Shown: in pieces, positions 9,062-17,570 of the stretch
How the letters are laid out: each line of letters starts with the position of its first letter
How positions within the stretch are numbered: the first letter of the stretch is position 1
Source: an uncultured Chloroflexia bacterium
GTDB lineage: Bacteria; Chloroflexota; Anaerolineae; Ardenticatenales; Ardenticatenaceae
NCBI GenBank assembly: GCA_963721895.1
Contig: CAVRLZ010000030.1
Span: 207,668-231,667, forward strand
Direction: 5' to 3'
DNA length: 24,000 bases
Made by a program: the position numbers and the translations under genes
The notes under the pieces: model-generated
Told to the model about the DNA's origin: nothing
Seen by the model: only the letters and a program-made list of their open reading frames with translations
The model's database searches: none

Positions 9062-9370
9062 ATGCCATGGCAGTTTCGGGTTGGTGAGGAACTAGGGATC
9101 GCAAACTGCGACTTTGTAGCGCAGGGAGAAAGCGAGGGGGAGGTGGTCGAGCAGGTGGTCCAACATCTGCGACAGGACCATAATGTGGCGATGCCGGACG
9201 CCGAAGTCATCCTGCAGCAGAACGCACACTTTTTCCAGGATGAGGCAGTGCAGGCCGTTGTGCGGCGGCTGCGTGACCACCTTAATCTTGGCACGGCTGA
9301 GGGCCGGCCTTACACGACCGACACCCCGCCCCCTGGGATTGACAGTGGAAGCCCCTTAAACCGTGGTTAA
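9062..9370 (+). CDS. DUF1059-like small protein with a C-terminal extension
   Basis: 102 aa with AGGAGG upstream of the ATG. The N-terminal ~45 aa (FRVGEELGIANCDFVAQGESEGEVVEQVVQHLRQDHNV) resemble the DUF1059 pattern (C-D-F...GE(S/T)-E-E-V...H...H) as I recall it. The remainder has no recognisable domain. Confidence 0.6.
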   Translation: MPWQFRVGEELGIANCDFVAQGESEGEVVEQVVQHLRQDHNVAMPDAEVILQQNAHFFQDEAVQAVVRRLRDHLNLGTAEGRPYTTDTPPPGIDSGSPLNRG

Positions 9371-9697
9371 CATGTTATGCCAGAGCAGAGGTGGCTTTTT
9401 TGTGAGGTAGGGGAGCGAAGGAGGAGCTGGAGCGAGTAGAGCAAAGGGGTGGCCTGGCGCGTACGAGACGGGCTACCCGCTCTGCAGGTGGCAGAGTATG
9501 ATAAGTGGGGCGCGTGCTTGTGCGGTAGCGTCCGGTTTTGAGCGGGATGCGTTCCGGGTGGCGTAGCCGGGCCAGCGCGCTGAAAACCGGTGGGTGTCAA
9601 CCTGGGGGCATCATGGCCCCAATAGCTTTCGCAGCGGCTTCCGCATAGTCCGTGTGCCTTCTGCCCTGGCGCGGCGCCGTCGCCCTACCAGGCACGC

Positions 9698-9741
9698 AAA
9701 AAAAGTAAGAGAAAAGGGTGGCCCCGCGGGGCCACCCTTTT
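9698..9741 (-). terminator. Bidirectional rho-independent terminator closing the dcw/ftsZ transcription unit
   Basis: The GC-rich palindrome GGGTGGCCCC-GC-GGGGCCACCC (9716-9737) lies 49 nt downstream of the ftsZ stop. On the minus-strand transcript it is followed by UUUUCUCUUACUUUUUUU. On the plus strand it is followed by UUUU. Confidence 0.75.
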
Positions 9742-9786
9742 CGGCGTGTCAGAACCTCCCGCCCGTGACGATGGACGGGGAGCAGA

Positions 9787-10980
9787 CTAGCGTCGGCGCA
9801 GGAAGGCTGGAATGTCCAGGTCCTCGCGGTCGAAGTTGCGGACCGGGAACTCCTTGACCTTCTCCTGCGGGCGGGCCGCCGCGCTCTGGGTCGCTGCCTG
9901 GCTTATCGGCGGCTTCTGCTGGATGGGGGCGCCGCGATGGGGGGGCGTCGCCGTCCCCTGGTTAGCGGCGCGGGGCAGTGCCTGCTGCTGCTGCTGGGGG
10001 CGGGCTTGCTGCTCGAACCCTGTGGCAATCACCGTGATGCGCAACTCGTCCTGCATCGTCGGCTCGATCACCGCACCGAAGATGATGTTCGCGTTCGGGT
10101 CAGTCGTGCCACGGATGATTTCCGCCGCCTCGTTCACCTCGAACAGGCTCAGGTCCGGCCCGCCCGTGATGTTGAAGAGGACGCCGCGCGCCCCGTCAAT
10201 CGTGATATCCAGCAGGGGGCTGGAGATGGCGGCATGCGCCGCATCCACCGCGCGGCTCTCGCCCCGGCCAACGCCCACGGCCATCAGGGCGGCGCCGCCC
10301 TGCGACATGATCGAGCGTACGTCGGCGAAGTCCAGGTTGATCAGCCCTGGCTTGGTGATAAGCTCGGAGATGCCCTGGATACCCTGCCGCAGCACGTCGT
10401 CGGCCGTGCGGAAGGCATCCTGAATCGAGACGCGCTTGTCCACGATCTGCAGCAGCCGATCATTCGGGATGACGATCAGCGTGTCCACCTCGTCCTGAAG
10501 CGCCTGGAGCCCCATGCGCCCGTTTTCCGAGCGGCGGTTGCCCTCAAAGGCGAAGGGCCGGGTGACGACGCCGATGGTCAGGGCGCCTTCCTCGCGCGCC
10601 ACGCGCGCCACCACCGCAGAGGCCAGGGTGCCCGTGCCGCCGCCCATCCCCGCCGTGATGAAGACCATGTCCGCGCCGCGGATGGCCTCGCGCAGCTCGT
10701 CCACGCTTTCCTCTGCCGCCTTCGCGCCCACCTCGGGGTTGCCCCCGGCGCCCAGGCCGCGCGTCAGCTTGTCGCCGATGCGCACGCGATGGGGGGCGTC
10801 GGAGAGCACCAGGGCCTGGGCGTCGGTGTTCACCGTGATGAACTCCACCCCCTGGATGCCCTCGGCGATCATGCGATTCACTGCGTTCGAGCCGCCCCCA
10901 CCCACACCCACTACCTTGATGTTGGCGAAGTTCTCGACATCCAAACCGGACCGACTGTCTTTCTGATACGACCCGTACAT
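9787..10980 (-). CDS. ftsZ: Cell division protein FtsZ
   Basis: 397 aa. It has [15 protein letters not shown], the tubulin signature AGMGGGTGT, a Gln/Pro/Ala-rich linker and the conserved C-terminal peptide [17 protein letters not shown] lies 8 nt upstream of the ATG. Confidence 0.98.
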   Translation of the reverse strand: MYGSYQKDSRSGLDVENFANIKVVGVGGGGSNAVNRMIAEGIQGVEFITVNTDAQALVLSDAPHRVRIGDKLTRGLGAGGNPEVGAKAAEESVDELREAIRGADMVFITAGMGGGTGTLASAVVARVAREEGALTIGVVTRPFAFEGNRRSENGRMGLQALQDEVDTLIVIPNDRLLQIVDKRVSIQDAFRTADDVLRQGIQGISELITKPGLINLDFADVRSIMSQGGAALMAVGVGRGESRAVDAAHAAISSPLLDITIDGARGVLFNITGGPDLSLFEVNEAAEIIRGTTDPNANIIFGAVIEPTMQDELRITVIATGFEQQARPQQQQQALPRAANQGTATPPHRGAPIQQKPPISQAATQSAAARPQEKVKEFPVRNFDREDLDIPAFLRRR

Positions 10981-11208
10981 AAGTTATTCCTCCAGATTCA
11001 TGGGTGAAAAGGCTCGATAAGGGGTAAGACTGGGACGCGGGGCGCCGTTGCCCGAAGCGTCGAAGGATGGATAACCCGATACTCTGTCTGTGGGTCAATG
11101 GCCATCGGCCACCCTTGGCCGGTCGTACAAGGAATTCCGTCTCCTTTCATCAAAGCGAACCATAGTTCGCGGAAACGCTGGTTGTTTGGAGCGGGAAGCA
11201 TCTCCCGC

Positions 11209-12447
11209 TCAGCCCGGCAAGAGCGCGGCGAGCCAGGAGCGCAGCCGCTCGCCCCACGGCGAGGCGGCGCGCTTGCCCTGCGTGGGGCGGCGGACGCGAC
11301 CCTGCGCGCGATCCTGGTGCAGCCCCCATTCCAGCAGGCCCACGCTTGTCGCGTAGGCGGGGCTGCCGAGAACATCCACCAGCCCGTTTAAATCTTGCGG
11401 CGCGGCGATGCGCACGGGCAGGCCGAAGAACTCGCGTCCGGCCTCCTTGAGCCCCGGTAACTGCGAGGAGCCGCCGCAAAAGACCAGCCCAGCGGCCAGC
11501 AGCCCATCGTAGCCGCTGCGCTTCATCTCCCGCTGGATCAGATCGAAGATGTCGGCCAGGCGATGCTCCAAAATCTCGGCCACATCGCGCCGCGTCCAGT
11601 GCTGGAGCGCCTCGTCGCCGAAATGGGAGATGTCCAGCGGCGTGTCGTCGGCCAGTGCCGCAGGCGTGGCCGAGCCGTAGCGCTTTTTGATCTCCTCCGC
11701 GACGGGGTAGGGGCACTGCAACCCCACCGCCAGATCATGAGACAGGTGATAGCCCCCAATCGGAAGCGATACCGTGTGCCACACCGAGCCTTCCAGAAAG
11801 ATCGAGATGTCGGTCGTGCCGCCGCCGATGTCCACCAGCACCACGCCCAACTCCTTCTCGTCATCGGTCAGCACGGCCTCGCTGCTCGCCAGGGGCTCCA
11901 AAACGAAAGCGTGAGCCACCACGCCAGCCATCTCGCAGCAGCGTTCGTAGGTTTGCAGGGTAGCCGTCGCGGCGGTCACGATGTGCGCCTCCACCTCCAG
12001 CCGATACCCGTGCAGGCCCAGGGGATCGCTCACCCCGTTGGAGCCGTCCAGCCAAAAGCCGCGCGGCACCACGTGGATCACCTCCTGCGAGTGGGGGATG
12101 GCGACCGCTCGGGCGGATTCAAGGGCCAGGTTTACGTCTTCGCTTTCCACGCGGCGGCTGGGGCGATTGATCGAGGTGGTGCCGCGGCTGTTCAGGGCAG
12201 CGATATGGGTGCCCGCCACGCCCACGTAGACCTCGGTAATCTCGTGGCCCGAGGTGCGTTCTGCCTTTTCCACGGCGAGTTGGATCGCCTCCACGGCTTC
12301 TTCCACGTTGACGATCACGCCCTTCTTGATCCCCTGCGAGGGCACGATGCCCACGCCGACGATCTTCATGCGTTGCCGCTCGTCAGTCTCGGCTACAAGG
12401 CAAGCAATCTTGCTTGTTCCAATATCCAGTCCAGTCACAATGCTCAT
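11209..12447 (-). CDS. ftsA: Cell division protein FtsA
   Basis: 412 aa actin-like ATPase with IVTGLDIGTSKIACLV and VLVDIGGGTTDISIF. The C-terminal amphipathic tail is WGERLRSWLAALL. It sits in the conserved position between ftsQ and ftsZ. Confidence 0.96.
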   Translation of the reverse strand: MSIVTGLDIGTSKIACLVAETDERQRMKIVGVGIVPSQGIKKGVIVNVEEAVEAIQLAVEKAERTSGHEITEVYVGVAGTHIAALNSRGTTSINRPSRRVESEDVNLALESARAVAIPHSQEVIHVVPRGFWLDGSNGVSDPLGLHGYRLEVEAHIVTAATATLQTYERCCEMAGVVAHAFVLEPLASSEAVLTDDEKELGVVLVDIGGGTTDISIFLEGSVWHTVSLPIGGYHLSHDLAVGLQCPYPVAEEIKKRYGSATPAALADDTPLDISHFGDEALQHWTRRDVAEILEHRLADIFDLIQREMKRSGYDGLLAAGLVFCGGSSQLPGLKEAGREFFGLPVRIAAPQDLNGLVDVLGSPAYATSVGLLEWGLHQDRAQGRVRRPTQGKRAASPWGERLRSWLAALLPG

Positions 12448-12541
12448 ACATCTGCTCCTCGCTCAAGATGGAGGGTCAACGCGTGCTGACCAACTACCGC
12501 CACGCGTGCTTGCCTCCGCACGCTCCCACTTTTGATCTTTG

Positions 12542-13394
12542 TCACTCCCCTACACGGTAGTAGGGATGTTCCGGCACGCTCAAATCCAGCAGCACTATCT
12601 TTTGATCCGACTGGATTTGCTCCTGAAAGGCATGGTAGGCAGCTACTTTTGCAGCAATCCGCGTGTGATCCCCGAAGGTGACTTGCCAACCGCCATCTGT
12701 CACAAACGAGAGGCCGAGCCCGGCCTCCCAATCATAGGCGCGCCGCTCCGGCAGTAACTGGATCAACTCGGCGGCGCTCCGCACCGCTTCTGGGTCCACG
12801 GTTGTCCCTGCCAGCACCGGGTTGTCGCCCAGGTCTCGGATGACCAGCATCTCGGTGGCATCGCCGCGCAACCCAAAGAGGGTGCCCTCGCTGTCCACGT
12901 AGAAGCTTTGCCCCGCCGATTGCCACACCGCCACTGGGATACGTTCCTGCACCTGCACCCATACCCTGTTGGGGGGGAGCGCTGACACCACAGCACGGGC
13001 AACGAGGGGGTCTTCCTCCAGCCGCTTCGCCACCGCGCGCGGGTTTATCCAGAAAAAGCTGAGCGCCTCCGAGGTTGGATCGGTTGTATATCTCCGCCTT
13101 TGTCAGAAGACGCGCCCCCTTCACCTCGATGTCATAGATGTAGAACCAGGAGGTGCCGAAGAGCACGTAGAGCAGGCATGCCGTGACCAGAAAGGCGGTC
13201 AGCAGCGCAAAGCGACTGCGTAGCCAGCCGGTCAGATGGGACGGGTCCCAGGGTCGGGCGGGCGCGGCGGCCCGCTTGCTTTCCGCCTGGTAGCGCTTCA
13301 GGCGCTGCGAGCGGCGCCCGCCCCCCAGCGTCAGTTTCCCGAAGGTCAGTTGTCGGCTCAACTGCTGTATTGTGCGCTTGCGTCGTCGGGTCAT
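12542..13394 (-). pseudogene. ftsQ: Cell division protein FtsQ/DivIB, interrupted by a +1 frame change at an A5/T5 run (13053-13057)
   Basis: The N-terminal part (basic cytoplasmic tail, TM helix LLTAFLVTACLLYVLF, POTRA start IYDIEVKGARLLTKAEI) is in the frame of ORF 12732..13415. The rest (WINPRAVAKRLEEDPLVARAVVSALPPNRVWVQVQERIPVAVW...) is in the frame of ORF 12542..13033. The span is 853 nt (3n+1). The ATG at 13394 is preferred, with an alternative TTG at 13415. Confidence 0.88.
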
Positions 13395-13423
13395 GTCGGG
13401 TCCATCTTCGATCAAAGGGACGG

Positions 13424-14542
13424 CTAATGGGTCTGGTTGCGTGCCCGCTCCTGGTGGCGCTCGATCGCCAGGGCGACAAGCGTCTCCAGAAGTTCCGCAT
13501 AGGAAAGGCCGCTCGCCTGCCAGAGCAGGGGATACATACTGGTCGGCGTGAAGCCGGGCATGGTGTTCAGTTCGTTCAGGAAAAACTCGCCGCTTTCTCG
13601 GTCTAGCAGAAAGTCCACGCGGCTCAGGCCGGCGGCGTCTACCACCTCGAAGGCGCGAATGGCCATCTCGCGCACCGTTTCCATCTGCGCCTCGCTGAGC
13701 GGCGCGGGGATGAGCAGGTCGGCCTGCCCCGCCGTGTACTTGGACTCGTAATCGTAAAAGTCGTAGCGCTCGTGCGGCACGATTTCCCCCGCGACGCTGG
13801 CGGCGGGCGCCTCGTTGCCCAACACCGCCACCTCGATCTCGCGCGGGCGCTCCAGCCCCTGCTCCACCAGCAGGCGGCGGTCATAGCGCGCGGCCAGGGT
13901 CAGCGCTTCGCGCAGTTCCTCGCGCGATCGCGCCTTCGAGATGCCCACGCTGCTGCCCATGTTGGCGGGCTTCACGAAGAGCGGGTAGGCGAGCCTTGCC
14001 TCCACCCGATCCAACACGCGCTCCGCTGCCTCCTCCCACTCGCGTCGCGTCGTGGCGACGAATGGGAGGACGGGCAGCCCTGCGGCCATGAACTGCCCCT
14101 TCATCAATATCTTGTCCATGCTCACCGACGAGCCTGCCACGCCGCTCCCCACATAGGGTAGCCCCGCTAGCTCCAAAAGCCCCTGGACTGTGCCATCCTC
14201 GCCGAACGGCCCATGGAGCACGGGGAAGACCACATCTGCCTGGGCGAGCGGTCCGCTGGAGCGGGTGTCGGTGGCCGCGAGCGCTCGACCTTCTACCAGC
14301 GCGGCTTCCGCCTCCAGGGGGGCCACGCCAGGGAGGGCGCGCTGGTGGGCCGCCGCCTGGGTCAACAGCGCCATAGGCTCGCCGCTGAACAGCCAGCGTC
14401 CCTCGCGCGTGATCCCAACCGGCAGCACCTCATAGCGGGTGGGGTCAAGCGCCTGCATGATGCCGCGTGCGCTCGACAGCGACACCTCATGCTCGCCGCT
14501 TTGTCCACCAAACACCAGGGCCACGCGAATCTTTTCCCCCAT
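13424..14542 (-). CDS. ddl: D-alanine--D-alanine ligase
   Basis: 372 aa. Motifs: VALVFGGQSGEHEVSLSSA, FPVLHGPFGEDGTVQGLLE, the ATP-grasp YPLFVKPANMGSSVGISK, and NELNTMPGFT. Confidence 0.96.
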   Translation of the reverse strand: MGEKIRVALVFGGQSGEHEVSLSSARGIMQALDPTRYEVLPVGITREGRWLFSGEPMALLTQAAAHQRALPGVAPLEAEAALVEGRALAATDTRSSGPLAQADVVFPVLHGPFGEDGTVQGLLELAGLPYVGSGVAGSSVSMDKILMKGQFMAAGLPVLPFVATTRREWEEAAERVLDRVEARLAYPLFVKPANMGSSVGISKARSREELREALTLAARYDRRLLVEQGLERPREIEVAVLGNEAPAASVAGEIVPHERYDFYDYESKYTAGQADLLIPAPLSEAQMETVREMAIRAFEVVDAAGLSRVDFLLDRESGEFFLNELNTMPGFTPTSMYPLLWQASGLSYAELLETLVALAIERHQERARNQTH

Positions 14543-14546
14543 CCCC

Positions 14547-15524
14547 TTACCGTTCCCCCAACCGGGCTTCTAGCGCTTCCCACTCGCCCACAAACTCGAT
14601 TTCCGGCTTCAGCAGGATGCCGAAGCGTTGGTAAACTACCCGTTGCCCATGCTCCACCAGGGCGCGCACATCGCTGGCCGTGGCCATGCCCTCATGGACT
14701 ATAAAATTGGCATGCTTCTCGCTGAAGCGCGCGCCGCCGATGCTGAAGCCTTTCAGCCCCGCCGCATCGAGCAGTCGCCCGGCCGCATCGCCCGGCGGGT
14801 TGCTGAAGGTGCTGCCGCCGCTCGCGGCGCGCGGCTGCGTGGCGGTGCGTTCCGCGATGTACCGGGCATTGCGCGCAGCAATCTCCGCAGGCTCGCCACG
14901 GTCCAGGCGGAACCAGGCTCGCACCACAAGCGGGCGCTCGGCGGCTGGCAGGTCCAGGATGGCTGAACCGCGATAGCGGAGCCCCAACTCGCTGGCCGGC
15001 ATCGTTTGCACTGCATCGCTGCCTGGGCGTAGTACTTCGATGGAAAGCAGCCGATCGCGCGTCTCGCTCCCCCAGGCGCCTGCGTTCTGCACCACCGCCC
15101 CGCCCACCGTGCCGGGCACCCCAACCCCCCACTCCATGCCTGTCGCGCCGCGCCGCGCCAGTTCGCCAGCCAGCCGCGGCAACTGCACGCCCGATTCCGC
15201 TGCCAGCACAAAGCCCTCCCCTGAGGGGAGAAGCTCGTAGTCATTGGCCCGATTCAAAATCACTATGCCCTTGATGCCGGCGTCCGCCACCAGAATGTTC
15301 GAGCCGCCGCCGATGATGCGGTAGGGCTGCCCGCTCGCGCGCGCGGCAATCGTCGCGCGCACCAGGCTGTCCGCGTCATTCACCCGTATCAGCCACGCTG
15401 CGGGGCCACCCAGCCGAAAAGAGGTGTGTTTGCCCATCGGCGCGTCCGGGACCACGGCGCCAGGGGCCACAGCCTCTTGCAGCAGGTCGAGCAGGAGCGA
15501 TTCCCCTGCAATAGGCGCGCTCAT
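14547..15524 (-). CDS. murB: UDP-N-acetylenolpyruvoylglucosamine reductase
   Basis: 325 aa from the ATG at 15524, which overlaps the murC stop (ATGA). Motifs: HTSFRLGGPA, IIGGGSNILV, GVPGTVGGAVVQNAGAWG, GSTFSNP and GGARFSEKHANFIV. The 544-aa track ORF carries a spurious 5' extension through murC. Confidence 0.95.
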   Translation of the reverse strand: MSAPIAGESLLLDLLQEAVAPGAVVPDAPMGKHTSFRLGGPAAWLIRVNDADSLVRATIAARASGQPYRIIGGGSNILVADAGIKGIVILNRANDYELLPSGEGFVLAAESGVQLPRLAGELARRGATGMEWGVGVPGTVGGAVVQNAGAWGSETRDRLLSIEVLRPGSDAVQTMPASELGLRYRGSAILDLPAAERPLVVRAWFRLDRGEPAEIAARNARYIAERTATQPRAASGGSTFSNPPGDAAGRLLDAAGLKGFSIGGARFSEKHANFIVHEGMATASDVRALVEHGQRVVYQRFGILLKPEIEFVGEWEALEARLGER

Positions 15525-16900
15525 GCTCGTTGCCCCCGCTGGGCGCTGAGCGCGCTCAGGGCCTGCGGCCCCACATGCGTAATGTCGCCCGCGCCCAGCG
15601 TCAGCACGACTGCATCGTCCGGCAGGTTGTCGCACAGAAAGGCGACAATCTCTTCTGGCGATCCGCAGTAGGTGGCGGGGGGGCCAGAGATAGCCTGTGC
15701 GAGGGCTCGACTCTGCGCCGCTGCGTTTCCCTGCTCTCGTGCGGCGTACACGTCGCTGACGATCACCTGGTCTGCCTGCGTGAACGCCGTTGCAAAGGCA
15801 CCGTGCAGCGCAGCCAGGCGGCTGAAGGTGTGGGGCTGGAAGATGGCCCACAGGGGTCGCTCGCCAAATTGCTCGCGTGCTGCCTGGAGCGTGGCACGAA
15901 TCTCGGTAGGGTGATGGGCGTAATCGTCGAACAGCGCAATCTCGCCCACCGAGCCGACCCACTGGAATCGTCGCTCCGCCCCGCGAAAGGTGGCGAGGGT
16001 GGCCTGCATGGTGCCCACATCCATCCCCATCCGCTCCCCGACGGCAATAGCGGCCAGGGCGTTGAGCACGTTGTGGCGGCCAGGCACCGTCAGGCGGAAG
16101 GCACCGAACGGAACGCCCTCGCGCACCGCCACAAAGTCTAGCCCGCCTTCGCGGTTCTGCTTGAGGCCCCCCGCGCGCCACATCGCCCCCTCCTGGAAGC
16201 CATAGCCGATGACTGTCTGGCGAGGCGGCTGCGCGGCAAGCACTGCCCTTACCCCCTCATCATCGGTGCAGGCGATGATCGCGCCATCCCGCTGGACCTG
16301 CGCCACAAAGCGAACAAAGGCATCCTGGACCGCTGCCTCGGTGGGGAAGATGTCCGGGTGGTCGTGCTCCACGTTCAACAGCACGGCAACAGCCGGGCGA
16401 AGCCCTAGAAAGGCATGGTCGTACTCGTCCGCCTCGATCACGAAGAGCCGCCCGCCCCCCACGCGCGCGTTGCCCCCCAGTTGTGGCACCTCCGCCCCCA
16501 CCACCACAGTCGGGTCCAGCCCCGCTTCGTCCAGCATGAGGGCGATGAGCGCCGTCGTGGTGGACTTGCCGTGGGTGCCTGCAACGGCGATCAGCTCCGA
16601 CTCGCGCGTCATCTCGGCCAGCCACTGCTCGCGCTTGAGCACCGGGATGCCCGCCGCCTCTGCCGCGCGCCGCTCCGGATTGTCGGCGGGCACGGCGCTG
16701 GACACGACCACCACATCCGCCCCCTCCACCCACGCGGCCTGATGGCCCACGTAGACGCGGGCACCCAGTGCTTCCAGGGCATCGGTGCGTGCAGAGCGCT
16801 CGCGGTCAGAGCCGCTTACCTGCCAGCCGCGCGCCAGCATCACGCGGGCCAGAGCGCTCAGCCCTGCCCCCCCGATGCCGACAAAGTAAACGTGTTTCAT
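15521..16900 (-). CDS. murC: UDP-N-acetylmuramate--L-alanine ligase
   Basis: 459 aa. Motifs: VYFVGIGGAGLSALARVM, the P-loop AVAGTHGKSTTT, and DDYAHHPTEI. Confidence 0.96.
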   Translation of the reverse strand: MKHVYFVGIGGAGLSALARVMLARGWQVSGSDRERSARTDALEALGARVYVGHQAAWVEGADVVVVSSAVPADNPERRAAEAAGIPVLKREQWLAEMTRESELIAVAGTHGKSTTTALIALMLDEAGLDPTVVVGAEVPQLGGNARVGGGRLFVIEADEYDHAFLGLRPAVAVLLNVEHDHPDIFPTEAAVQDAFVRFVAQVQRDGAIIACTDDEGVRAVLAAQPPRQTVIGYGFQEGAMWRAGGLKQNREGGLDFVAVREGVPFGAFRLTVPGRHNVLNALAAIAVGERMGMDVGTMQATLATFRGAERRFQWVGSVGEIALFDDYAHHPTEIRATLQAAREQFGERPLWAIFQPHTFSRLAALHGAFATAFTQADQVIVSDVYAAREQGNAAAQSRALAQAISGPPATYCGSPEEIVAFLCDNLPDDAVVLTLGAGDITHVGPQALSALSAQRGQRA

Positions 16901-16949
16901 CCGTTGCCCGTTGTATCCACTCGATTGATAAAAGAAGTGCCGTCGCGCC

Positions 16950-17570
16950 TCAGGTGGCGCGCAGGGTCTTGTCCACTCGCCCCAGCAGGGCGAACAGCAG
17001 CCCGTGCCAGAATACCAGCAGCAAAACCAGCAGGATCAGGTTCTGCGCCTTGATCAGGTCCTCGTAGGCAGCAAACGGGTTGTTCACAAAGGCCAACGTG
17101 ACCAACGCGCGCCCGAAGGAGCCATCCAGGCTCAGGTTGCCATTGAAGACCAGCGTGAAGCCCTCGAAGTGGGTGGCTATCCAATCGCGCCCCAGGTCCA
17201 GCAGCAGCACCACAAAAAAGTACCCGTTCAGCAGCCCGGTGGTGATGCCGGACAGCCGATCCCGCCGATCCACTACCCGCGTCGGGATGATCTTGCTGTT
17301 GAACGTGACCACCACCATGATGACGGAGGCGACGTAGAGCCCGATTTGAAACAAGCCGCGCAGGTCATCACTCAACTCGATGCCGAGCACGAAGCCGATG
17401 GCGGCAATCAGAAAGTCCACAGTCTTGAGCGCCACGCCCCAGGCGAAAAAGAAGGAAACCAGGGTGACCAGCCCGCGTTGCCATCCATGTCGCAGGCCAA
17501 TCATCGAGAAGAGGAGCATGGCCAGCAGCACGACGCTGTTCCAGTCTAGTTCGATTGTTCGCTCAACCAT
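16950..17570 (-). CDS. CvpA-family (colicin V production-like) integral membrane protein
   Basis: 206 aa from the ATG at 17570, which overlaps the murG 3' end by 8 nt. The N-terminus LDWNSVVLLAMLLFSMIGLRHGWQRGLVTLVSFFFAWGVA parallels the E. coli CvpA N-terminus (IDYAII...LIRGFVREALSLVTW...). A later DRLSGITTGLLNGYFFVVLLL parallels DRVLGVCFGALRGVLIV. The comparison is from memory, not a search. Confidence 0.65.
   Translation of the reverse strand: MVERTIELDWNSVVLLAMLLFSMIGLRHGWQRGLVTLVSFFFAWGVALKTVDFLIAAIGFVLGIELSDDLRGLFQIGLYVASVIMVVVTFNSKIIPTRVVDRRDRLSGITTGLLNGYFFVVLLLDLGRDWIATHFEGFTLVFNGNLSLDGSFGRALVTLAFVNNPFAAYEDLIKAQNLILLVLLLVFWHGLLFALLGRVDKTLRAT

Noticed and set aside
9497-9600. Promoter-like hexamers in the convergent spacer: TATGAT (9497-9502, plus strand) and TTGACA (9595-9600, minus strand).
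   Set aside because: Neither has a matching partner hexamer at 16-18 bp spacing. Isolated hexamers are expected by chance.
9982-9996. (CTG)5 trinucleotide repeat.
   Set aside because: It simply encodes the QQQQQ stretch in the disordered C-terminal linker of FtsZ. It is not a repeat element.
9937-11007. 356-aa ORF on the plus strand, antisense to ftsZ. Similar long antisense ORFs occur at 11563-12489 opposite ftsA, 19876-20750 opposite murD, 21358-22179 opposite mraY and 15530-16141 opposite murC.
   Set aside because: These are typical high-GC shadow ORFs. Their translations are Arg/Ala/Gly/Pro/His-rich with no motifs, and each lies fully opposite a strongly conserved gene.
10998-11150. 50-codon ORF (MKGDGIPCTTGQGW...) filling the ftsA-ftsZ spacer on the minus strand.
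   Set aside because: It has no Shine-Dalgarno sequence and its codon third-position GC is far below that of the flanking genes. It is Pro-rich, non-descript sequence, and is the tail of a shadow ORF (10998..11375).
13050-13065. Programmed +1 ribosomal frameshift (prfB-like) at CUU UUU C in ftsQ, and by analogy at the other three frame breaks.
   Set aside because: There is no in-frame stop or rare codon at the shift site and no upstream internal SD at the proper spacing. The zero frame runs on for about 100 codons. The four sites share no common motif, and one needs -1 while three need +1. Indel error is more parsimonious, though this is not formally excluded.
15525-16181. The N-terminal 219 aa of the 544-aa track ORF that contains murB.
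   Set aside because: This part overlaps murC in another frame and is Arg/Gly/Pro-rich junk. MurB homology begins at the ATG at 15524, which forms an ATGA overlap with the murC stop.
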